Positions 56,507 to 64,000 of a stretch of 64,000 nt of DNA are shown here, in pieces. The stretch is from an uncultured Candidatus Saccharibacteria bacterium (GTDB lineage: Bacteria > Patescibacteriota > Minisyncoccia > Phycocordibacterales > UBA9973), in assembly GCA_964554645.1 (NCBI GenBank), contig CAZKPK010000003.1, positions 4,256-68,255 on the forward strand. Reading direction: 5' to 3'. Position numbers and translations under genes: made by a program. The first letter of the stretch is position 1, and each line of letters begins with the position of its first letter. Below the pieces are notes generated by a model. It saw only the letters and a list, made by a program, of their open reading frames with translations. It was not told the origin of the DNA and ran no database searches.

Positions 56507-59083
56507 TTAATACGGTGCAACTCCCCGATAAAATTTCATTGGGTAGTTTGTTGAACTCTGATCGTAGAAACGGACTGTTCCGTTTGTGTTTTGGAGAACG
56601 GCCATGTCGCTCCAGTCAACGAGGTTAGTCGAGGCTTGGACTTGATACTCAAAACCAGCTTCTCCTGTCAGCTGGTATATCAATGCCCCATTTGTTGTTC
56701 CTCCTGTTAAGGACAAAAAGAATGGCTGGCTGACACCAACCTGGTTAAGAACAATATTTGTGATCGTCACGACTGACTGAATGTTCGTGAACGGATCGAG
56801 ACGAAATCCCAGAATGTGCTCACTGTTGACTGGTGCATTTGGGAATCTGAATGTGTAGTGATTGGTGTTAACGATTCGCTCGTCAATAGAACCAATGACT
56901 TGCTCATCCCAGAGAACTGACAACAACCCTTGCGCTCCGTTCGTGCTCGAGAATTGAGTATTGAACGAAACCACATTGACTGGATTGGTGCTGGAAACAA
57001 CTGTAGCAAGCCACGCTGGTGATCCACTAGACAGTTTGAGCGAGTCAAGCCATTTCTGAATTGTACCAGTGTCGCTTTGAATTGTCGGTGATTGAGTAAA
57101 GTCAATCAGAGGATTTACATACGACGGAGGTGTTATGTGAACAAATGTGGTGCATGTCGGATCAGGACTGCCAAGAATTTGGGCAGGGTCATTTCCTGGT
57201 GTATAACTTGGTACACCAGAACTCCAACCACCACCTTCCTTGCTTAATGAAAAACCGTGTCCTGCATAATCAGTCGTTACGCTTCCTGTGATTGTGTTTG
57301 AGTAGAAGTCTCTCGGCCAACCATGCGATGTGAATGTTTTTGTGCAAGGCTCAGATGCACCTGTGGCGGATGATTGAAACCCTGAAGTAGTTATCTTGTT
57401 TGGATCAAGTTGAGTTACATCAACATTGTAAGCGTGATCGAGAAGACTTTCAGTAAACGGGCCTCTCAAACCCAAGCTTTCATTCCTCGTTGCACTGTCA
57501 CGAGAAAAGTAATTTTCTGCCCAATCTGCGCCACTTCCATATCGAGAGACCCCTGCGTAGTCGAAACCAACAAAAGGATCAAGAAATGTGCAGTGAACTG
57601 ACGTAGTCGATGATATTGCCTTAATTCTTTCACATACTGCTTGAATCAAAGCTGCACCGGCACTGTGAGCAATCAGATGAACGTGTGTCCATCCTTGTGC
57701 CGCAATGCAGTCGCCCAAAATTCTACCTTCTTTTTTAGCATTTTCTAGCGCTTTTTGAGCATCAGATGGTAAAATTCCAGTAGAAGCATTCTCAACCCAT
57801 TTATACGCAGTCACTTGCCAAGTAGTTAGACTGTGACTAGTCAAGTATTGTTGGATATTGTTTGTCATTGCTTCAAGCCAAGCAAGATTGGGATTCCACC
57901 CATGTGTCGCCAAAACCAAACTATTCTTCCCCGAACCTTTCGTCACACAGTTTCCGTAGGTTGGTTGTGAGGGCATAGCTGTGATCGCCGTTTTCCACAA
58001 GGGAACAATCGGAGCTAAGACGATACGAAAGCCAATATGAAAATTAGCAGCCGTAGGTTCAGCACCAGTGTGCATCGCTGATCGGCAGTATCTACCACGA
58101 TAATCCCAACTACCACCTCTGATCATTCTAAATGATGACACTGGATCTAGTCCTTGAGGATCAATGACACTAGTACTTGTACCTCCACCAGTGAACCAAT
58201 CCTGACACCATTCCCACACGTTGCCGTGCATGTCGAATATACCAAAGGGATTAGCGCCATAATTGCCGACTGTGTCAGTACGAGCAAGATACGGAACTGA
58301 AGGACTGGCAACATATATCTCGCCGACCGAGGCATCGTAAGTGTAATGAGTGTCGAAGTTTGCATCGCCACCTTGAATTACATTTCCGAAGTCAAAGGCC
58401 GTCGTCGTTCCAGCACGACAGGAATATTCCCACTCTGCCGAGGTCGGTAGACGATATGCCCAAGTTGATTCTATGTGTCCTGCCGTTCGTTCCTGCAAGG
58501 TAAGCAAATGGCAATAGTTTGTTGCATCAAACCAGCTCACTGTTTCCACGGGACGGTTAAGATCACCAGTGAAATAACTCGGATTGCTTCCGATTACTGA
58601 CTGATACTCACCTTGTGTAACAGGGTATTTGCCCATGTAGAATCCACTTGTTAATGTCACTGTATGTTGCGTCTCGTATGAATCACGCAATGCTTCACTT
58701 GTGGGACTGCCCATCGTGAATGAAGGATCCATCCATGACATGCTTGCTCTGTCTCCCGCTTTAAGAGCAGAAGCGGTAGGATCGAATTGTTCGAGTGTGC
58801 GAATCGGTTGATCGCCCAGTTTTTCGAGTTGTTCCAATAAGCCAGGAGGATAAATCTCGGCGGGAACTTTCCCACTTTTGATTTCATCCACGATTTTCGC
58901 TAAGACTTCTGAACCCGTAGGGATTGGGATGTTGGCTTTGTCTGCCGTTTCTTGCGCTTTCAATGCCTGCATCTTGCCCAAGCCGAGTTCAGTTTTTTGT
59001 TTTTGAACCGACAATTGTCCGAAGGAGGTTATCGCCATGATAAAAATCACGGTCGCCGTTGTTAGGATTGCGTTTCTTTTCAT
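56507..59083 (-). CDS. Secreted multidomain protein: FGE-sulfatase/C-lectin-fold domain + alpha/beta-hydrolase-like domain + ASTNL.DW C-terminal domain
   Basis: Signal peptide; FTMGSP..E, RLPTSAEWEY.CRAG, DMHGNVWEWC, RGGSW, GFR; LIAHSAG elbow; YQVQASTNLVDW...FYR. Confidence 0.88.
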   Translation of the reverse strand: MKRNAILTTATVIFIMAITSFGQLSVQKQKTELGLGKMQALKAQETADKANIPIPTGSEVLAKIVDEIKSGKVPAEIYPPGLLEQLEKLGDQPIRTLEQFDPTASALKAGDRASMSWMDPSFTMGSPTSEALRDSYETQHTVTLTSGFYMGKYPVTQGEYQSVIGSNPSYFTGDLNRPVETVSWFDATNYCHLLTLQERTAGHIESTWAYRLPTSAEWEYSCRAGTTTAFDFGNVIQGGDANFDTHYTYDASVGEIYVASPSVPYLARTDTVGNYGANPFGIFDMHGNVWEWCQDWFTGGGTSTSVIDPQGLDPVSSFRMIRGGSWDYRGRYCRSAMHTGAEPTAANFHIGFRIVLAPIVPLWKTAITAMPSQPTYGNCVTKGSGKNSLVLATHGWNPNLAWLEAMTNNIQQYLTSHSLTTWQVTAYKWVENASTGILPSDAQKALENAKKEGRILGDCIAAQGWTHVHLIAHSAGAALIQAVCERIKAISSTTSVHCTFLDPFVGFDYAGVSRYGSGADWAENYFSRDSATRNESLGLRGPFTESLLDHAYNVDVTQLDPNKITTSGFQSSATGASEPCTKTFTSHGWPRDFYSNTITGSVTTDYAGHGFSLSKEGGGWSSGVPSYTPGNDPAQILGSPDPTCTTFVHITPPSYVNPLIDFTQSPTIQSDTGTIQKWLDSLKLSSGSPAWLATVVSSTNPVNVVSFNTQFSSTNGAQGLLSVLWDEQVIGSIDERIVNTNHYTFRFPNAPVNSEHILGFRLDPFTNIQSVVTITNIVLNQVGVSQPFFLSLTGGTTNGALIYQLTGEAGFEYQVQASTNLVDWSDMAVLQNTNGTVRFYDQSSTNYPMKFYRGVAPY

Positions 59084-59206
59084 AACTATTTTCCGTCATT
59101 TCTGTTTGTTTATGTTGTTTTCAAAGACAACGTGCAATAGGCACGCCGTCGAACCAATATCAAGCTAATACAACCACGAATACCTTTGACTATCAAGGTC
59201 ATTAGC

Positions 59207-59686
59207 TCAATATATCCCAAATTCATTTATCAATTTGAGATATTTAATTTGTCGCTCTTTTGAGATCCAATTTTCGGATAATTCGTTGATTGTATTTTCC
59301 TTAATTATCCAGTCAGTCATTCCACAATAAAATCCATTCGGGGTAACTACAAAAAGCCACGGGCAGTCCCATTTCTCTATCAATTTAGTCGCATATTCTT
59401 TTAGTTTCTCCATGTTGAGTTCACTTTGGTATTTAATTTCTACAAGAAATAATTTAGATTTATCTTCCGAGATTAAAGCAAAGTCAGGAGCTTCTGAAAT
59501 ATTTTTTATGATGTGTCTTACTTCCACTAAGTGTTGATACTGGGCAAGCATGGGCATCGTGTGTTCGTACCCAAAAGGGATAATTGTGTACCTATTTTCT
59601 TCTCGCATCATTTGCTCAAAAATTACTTCGGCAATTTTACCTTTGATTAGTTTTCTTGAAAATTCTATTTCGGTTTGTTTAATCAT
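59207..59686 (-). CDS. PD-(D/E)XK nuclease-fold protein
   Basis: GKIAE....; APDF...LVEIKY. Confidence 0.75.
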   Translation of the reverse strand: MIKQTEIEFSRKLIKGKIAEVIFEQMMREENRYTIIPFGYEHTMPMLAQYQHLVEVRHIIKNISEAPDFALISEDKSKLFLVEIKYQSELNMEKLKEYATKLIEKWDCPWLFVVTPNGFYCGMTDWIIKENTINELSENWISKERQIKYLKLINEFGIY

Positions 59687-59723
59687 AATTATTTATTATT
59701 GATAATCATGATGGACTAGAAAA

Positions 59724-59822
59724 CAAAAAGCCCATCACGGGTAGAGACCGAAGTCTCTCATGCAAGTTTCCTCGCACGGCCAGTAACGACGACCCCATGA
59801 CGGGTTCTTTATTCGTTACTGG
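59724..59822 (-). ncRNA. Putative structured cloverleaf RNA ending in a U-run
   Basis: Closing stem CCCGTCATGGG/CCCGTGATGGG with G-U pairs; inner GTGCGAG-GAAA-CTTGCAT and GAGAC-TTCG-GTCTC; TCGTTACTGG complementary to upstream CCAGTAACGA. Confidence 0.6.
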
Positions 59823-60159
59823 ACTTGTTGCCATGCCATTGCTGGTTTAGGCTACCTATTAAATTGTGTTTTTATCACACCACTTTCTCGTAAAGTTATA
59901 AACTTGCTAAATTTCCCAAAGGGAATATGCTTATTGAAAGTACGGGACTGCACCTTGATTTCCAAGCACGTCATAAAAATAAACAATAGTAAGTCTCACA
60001 AAAGATATAAAAATGGCTAGCATTCAGTCCACTCAAGCTAGAAATAAATTAAAAATAGAGCAATAAAATAATAAATAAATTAGTGCCATAAATTGAAAGA
60101 CCCTTAAATAAAGGCGTTTTTTTGTTTAGCTCAAGCTGTTCTCCCGCACCCGAAAGGGT

Positions 60160-60339
60160 ATGGGATTAAAATATAGCGAAATTTTAATAAGTCGCACCAT
60201 AAATCACTTTAAGAAAAAGTACGATTTAGATATTTCTGCCGAAACAGCAGATGTGTATTTGGCTTCGTTTGCTGTAGTGTTCCGTTCGTTTGTACCTACA
60301 CAGCCCGCAGACCGCGACAAGCCCCGCCCAGCTCAATAG
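60160..60339 (+). CDS. 59-aa protein upstream of Rep (below ORF-track cutoff)
   Basis: MGLKYSEILISRTINHFKKKYDLDISAETADVYLASFAVVF...; ATG lies in hairpin TCCCGCACCC-GAAA-GGGTATGGGA. Confidence 0.5.
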   Translation: MGLKYSEILISRTINHFKKKYDLDISAETADVYLASFAVVFRSFVPTQPADRDKPRPAQ

Positions 60340-60380
60340 CTGGCGGGGCTTCGGCGCGTCCGTTTTAAGACTTGATAATA
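60319..60380 (+). other. Putative double-strand origin (rolling-circle nick site)
   Basis: GC-rich hairpin 60319-60351, then CTTGATA at 60371-60377 (nick motif shared by phiX174/pC194-type origins), 23 nt before rep. Confidence 0.65.
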
Positions 60381-60400
60381 GCCTAACTTAATACAACTAA

Positions 60401-61153
60401 ATGGAATACGCAAAAACAATTAAATACGGGGATAATCTTGAAATATACGAATACGAACATAGACCAGCACCTAAAATAAAAAAGGTAAAAGAAAAAAGTT
60501 CTTACTATGTGAAACCCAGCGTAGATGAAATCTTTACCAAGCGAGAAGATAATATCTTACAAAGTAAAACAAATTTTAGAAGATTAGTGTCCGCGAACTT
60601 ATCAAACAACATACCCTTATTCATAAGTTTGACTCATGGTACAGACATGAAAGACATTGTTATAGGATGGAAAAATTATAGAAAATTTATTCAACGTATG
60701 CGATATAAATTCGGAGAAAATTTTAAATACATTGCTGTCCCAGAATTTCAGCCAAAGTCTGGTCGTGTTCATTTCCATGTTCTCTTTTGGAGACTTCCGC
60801 TAGGAATAAATGCTAAGGATGAAAGAAAAAATCGGGTCATTGCTAAAATTTGGGGTCATGGTTTTGCTGATGTGAAAGATACAGATGGTCATGAAAAGTT
60901 GGCGGGATATTTAGCGAAATATATGGCTAAGGCATTTACTGATAAGCGTTTAAAAAATCAGAAAGCATATGCGTCCTCTAAAAATGCAAAAAGACCGATT
61001 GTAACAAGGGACGCAATAGTATTGAAAGAACTTATGGAAAATGTTGGGGAAAATGACTTGCCTGTCTTTGATAAACCTTATGAAGTAAAATGGTTGGGAA
61101 AATGTCGGCATCGCTTGTTTAAAATTACTAACCATAATAATATGACCTTATGA
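60401..61153 (+). CDS. Rolling-circle replication initiator (HUH endonuclease)
   Basis: Motif I FISLT, motif II EFQ...GRVHFHVL, motif III YLAKY. Confidence 0.9.
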   Translation: MEYAKTIKYGDNLEIYEYEHRPAPKIKKVKEKSSYYVKPSVDEIFTKREDNILQSKTNFRRLVSANLSNNIPLFISLTHGTDMKDIVIGWKNYRKFIQRMRYKFGENFKYIAVPEFQPKSGRVHFHVLFWRLPLGINAKDERKNRVIAKIWGHGFADVKDTDGHEKLAGYLAKYMAKAFTDKRLKNQKAYASSKNAKRPIVTRDAIVLKELMENVGENDLPVFDKPYEVKWLGKCRHRLFKITNHNNMTL

Positions 61154-62664
61154 AATATCTAATCTATTGCCGAAAATCAACAGACACAGAGGACAAGCAA
61201 GTCCAATCCCTAGAATCCCAAGAAAACGAGCTTATAAAGCTGGCAGAGGCTCAAGGACTGCATGTTATTGGTATCTTGCATGAAAGTATGTCCGCCAAGT
61301 CTGAGGGTCGTCCTGTGTTCAATAAAGTCTTAGATATGTTTGTTAAGGGTAAGGTGGACGGCATTATTTGTTGGAAACTAGACTGCCTCGCTCGTAACTT
61401 TATTGATGGTGGACGAATTATTGATTTACTCCAAAAATCTGTTATCAAAGAAATCCGCACTTTTGAAGGGATACATTTGCCAACTGATAATGTTCTAATG
61501 ATTGCTATGCACTTTGGGATGGCTAACCAATACATTCGTGATTTAAGTACAAATGTAAAACGTGGTCTTAGAACTAAATTAGAAAAAGGCGATTGGCTAA
61601 ACAAAGCACCGCTTGGATACTTAAACGATAAAACTACAAAGAAAATTATTATTGACCCTGTGCGTAGTAAATATATTGTTCGTGCCTATGAACTTTTTAC
61701 AACTGGAAAATATGGGCACAACGATATATCTAACATTATTTTCAATGAGGGTTTTAGAAGTACTGGAAACCGACAAGTACCGAAGTCCGCAATTCAAACT
61801 ATTCTGTTGAATCCTTTTTATTGTGGCTTAATGAAAACTGGTGGAAAAATTTACAACGGAAACCATACACCGATTATTTCCAAAGCTCTTTATGATTCAG
61901 CACAAGAAGTAATGCAACAACGCCTACACCCTAGAAAGAAACATTTAATGTTTCCAATTAGAGGGCTGGCAAAATGTAGCGAGTGTGGTTGCATGTATAC
62001 CGCAAGCAGAAAGAAAGGTCATGATTATTACTATTGCACAAATGGTAAAGGTGTTTGTAATTCCAAGAAACAGTATTTGCGAGAAAATGATTTATATAAA
62101 CAAGTACTTTTTATTCTTGAAAAAGTAGCTTGGGATGAAGAAGAGATAGAACTTTTATACCTTGCATCAAAAGAGGACATCAAACACGAAACAGGGTACT
62201 TAACTGAAACTTTAGAGAATCTGAAACAAGAGGCAGTTACTATCTTAGACCGCCAAAACAAATTACTAGATTTGTTTTTAGATAGCTCTATTTCTAAACA
62301 GGCATACGACCAAAGAAATACTTTTATTGAAAATCAAAGAGTACTTTTAGCAAAACAAATTTCTGAAATTGAGGATAAAACACAGAAAGCAGTTTCTACT
62401 TTGGAACCGACTAAAAAACTATTTTTAGATTGTGTTATATGGGCGAAAGAGTTTATGACCCTTGCACCAGATAAAAAACGAAATATCGCTCATGAGATAC
62501 TTTGGAACCTATACATGAAAGAGAAAAATATCGTTGATTTCCAACTTAGAAGTCCTTATTCTAGTATCGCAAATTTACCTAAAAATGCTGATTTTCACTC
62601 AAAGCTAGGGGACTTGGATTCGAACCAAAATTTTCTCCTTCAAAGGGAGAAGTCCTACCATTAG
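61150..62664 (+). CDS. Large serine recombinase (integrase)
   Basis: YCRKST catalytic Ser, SAK..GRP, recombinase domain, Zn-ribbon CSECG...YYYC...C, coiled coil; DRLAR motif reads DCLAR. Confidence 0.93.
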   Translation: MKYLIYCRKSTDTEDKQVQSLESQENELIKLAEAQGLHVIGILHESMSAKSEGRPVFNKVLDMFVKGKVDGIICWKLDCLARNFIDGGRIIDLLQKSVIKEIRTFEGIHLPTDNVLMIAMHFGMANQYIRDLSTNVKRGLRTKLEKGDWLNKAPLGYLNDKTTKKIIIDPVRSKYIVRAYELFTTGKYGHNDISNIIFNEGFRSTGNRQVPKSAIQTILLNPFYCGLMKTGGKIYNGNHTPIISKALYDSAQEVMQQRLHPRKKHLMFPIRGLAKCSECGCMYTASRKKGHDYYYCTNGKGVCNSKKQYLRENDLYKQVLFILEKVAWDEEEIELLYLASKEDIKHETGYLTETLENLKQEAVTILDRQNKLLDLFLDSSISKQAYDQRNTFIENQRVLLAKQISEIEDKTQKAVSTLEPTKKLFLDCVIWAKEFMTLAPDKKRNIAHEILWNLYMKEKNIVDFQLRSPYSSIANLPKNADFHSKLGDLDSNQNFLLQREKSYH

Positions 62665-62675
62665 ACGATCCCCTA
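62605..62675 (-). tRNA. tRNA-Gln(TTG)
   Basis: TAGGGGA/TCCCCTA acceptor stem, TCTCC-CTTTGAA-GGAGA anticodon arm, GGTTCGAATCC T-arm; CCA not encoded. Confidence 0.95.
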
Positions 62676-62745
62676 AAATGTTTTTCTTACAAATCAAGAG
62701 TAGCATTTTTCCGTGTTTTTGCCAATTGTGATATAATTAAAATTA

Positions 62746-63507
62746 GGCATAATACCCAAAAATCGTGGCTTTTTTAGCCCTGTTTTTCCTTCTTTTTCTG
62801 TTTAGTTTTAGGAGCAATCGTAGATTCTAGCAATATCGCATCCAGCACTTTTCTTTTGAGTATCTGACTCATGCCTCGGTGAATACTTAAAACATCTTTG
62901 ATGTGAGAGAAGTGTCCGTCACAAGTATTGGTTGTGGTCGGGATGCTTTTGTCCGCCTGAAATGTAAAAAGATATTCGTACCAATGGACGATTGAAAGGT
63001 ATGCTTGACGCACTCCTTCATGCGTATATGACCACGAACCATCCGGATGAAAAGTTTTTTCATTTAAAAATGAGGCATAGAGTACATGAAATTTTCTAAT
63101 CCGTGTCGTATCGATTACCAAATGAATTGGTCTCGGATTATGATTTTCTTTTTTGAGAACAGTATATTCCTTTAAATATTTGTGAACACTTTTCTTGTCT
63201 ACCCCTCGTTCATCGCATATCTCTCGGATCGTCTGTTTGTGAAATACAAAATCGTTCCAAATATCGTGATGCTTTGTAATTCTTTTTTCATTTCTCCACC
63301 GATGCTTGCAGTCATTGCACCCATATATTTGCACACCATCTTGTACTCCTCTTTTGCTAGTATTAATGCTTCCACACCTCGCGCAATGTCTTTTTTTTAA
63401 CCATAGTAGCTAAAATCTAGCATATCAAAACACAAAAGACCATTACAAATTAATGGTCTTTTGTGTTTCAACTGCTTAAAAAAGCCACGGAAAATGGGTA
63501 TTATGCC
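62746..63507 (-). mobile_element. 762-bp internally deleted IS (IS256-like, Zn-ribbon N-terminus)
   Basis: TIRs GGCATAATACCCA....CGTGGCTTTTT at both ends; 8-bp TSD TAAAATTA (62738-62745, 63508-63515). Confidence 0.88.
62774..63404 (-). pseudogene. Truncated DDE transposase with -1 slippery site
   Basis: ATG 63404, A8G run, -1 frame gives CARC...CNDC; LVIDTT abuts the C-terminal IPTTTN..DG.FS region with the middle missing. Confidence 0.8.
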
Positions 63508-63591
63508 TAAAATTATTAATAATCGCTATACTTTGTTTTATGGAACCAAAATCACCTGAAAGTATTAAAAATATTCCAGAAACATTACCAC

Positions 63592-64000
63592 TCATACTAA
63601 AATCTTCACTAAAGCAAGTTCTAAGGGCAATTCGGTAATAAACGCATTATCTATATTTTGATAGGCTTCAAGCAATATCGCGAGCGCCGGAGAGCGGAGC
63701 ATGCCTGCTTTGTCTTCTTTTGCCAAAGCTTGCAAGAATTCCAAATCAATCTCCGACAAATCCTCCGCTATTCCACTTTTTAGCTTTGGTGCATAGCGTA
63801 AAATTATTGCCATGCGAAATTTTTGGATTATAAGTTTCAAATATAATTTCATATCTAAATTTTCTTCGGAAGCGATTCTTACAGCCGCCATTCCCTTTTC
63901 CAAATTTTTCTCCGCGATGGCGGAAATAAAATCATTCACTAGAGTTGTTTTTGGCGCGCCGGTTATTTTTTCCACATCTTCCCTCTTAACTTTTTTTCCT
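63592..64000 (-). CDS. dnaX: DNA polymerase III gamma/tau, C-terminal part (5' beyond window)
   Basis: DVEKITGAP..., ELPLELALV C-terminal collar motif. Confidence 0.82.
   Translation of the reverse strand, partial: GKKVKREDVEKITGAPKTTLVNDFISAIAEKNLEKGMAAVRIASEENLDMKLYLKLIIQKFRMAIILRYAPKLKSGIAEDLSEIDLEFLQALAKEDKAGMLRSPALAILLEAYQNIDNAFITELPLELALVKILV

Larger units (their letters stand above)
55709..62609. mobile_element. ~6.9 kb integrative element (RCR Rep + large serine recombinase) inserted at the tRNA-Gln 3' end
   Basis: Shared core GCTAGG at 55709-55714 and 62604-62609; recombinase ORF runs into the tRNA; joining the ends keeps the frame open. Confidence 0.75.

Noticed and set aside
56507-59083. 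Diversity-generating retroelement target (FGE/CLec fold)
   Set aside because: No reverse transcriptase and no template/variable repeat pair differing at adenines was seen.
59820-59860. c-di-GMP-I riboswitch (GCCTAAACC on minus strand)
   Set aside because: The other required elements (GGCAAACC, GAAA P2, GCAAAGC) are not found in the right order.
60401-62664. Inovirus prophage
   Set aside because: No Zot/pI-like ATPase or recognisable small coat gene cluster within the element.

Overview
AT-rich bacterial chromosome window (standard genetic code). Gene content and style fit a Patescibacteria/CPR genome, Parcubacteria-like (inference): PaaX/Cas2-fold regulator, multicopy Cys-rich proteins, near-leaderless genes and many small palindromic repeats. 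1-30 kb is housekeeping (rplU, recR, dnaB, trpS, aspS, pepN, scpAB, mraY-ftsW-murG-gltX, rpmA, rplI, ctpA, PBP2) interspersed with orphan genes. 30.6-54 kb is a near-complete de novo purine/GMP cluster (purB, C, M, E, H, guaA, guaB, purA, D, N, F, Q, L, gmk-like; no purK) broken up by inserted genes. 55.7-62.6 kb is a ~6.9 kb element integrated at tRNA-Gln, carrying a rolling-circle Rep, a likely nick origin, a large serine recombinase whose C-terminus would be swapped on excision, a cloverleaf RNA and foreign cargo. It is followed by an internally deleted IS and the 3' end of dnaX. The most striking signals are: (1) a HisR/YerC repressor gene whose own C-terminal His-His codons sit on a complete attenuator, so the repressor appears to double as leader peptide; (2) a parallel TrpR operator plus Trp leader/attenuator, with both circuits now lying in front of orphan genes rather than biosynthesis operons; (3) the minimal Rep + serine-recombinase element; (4) pervasive in-frame palindromic insertions in core genes; (5) gene-end duplications with synonymous differences that mark gene-capture events.
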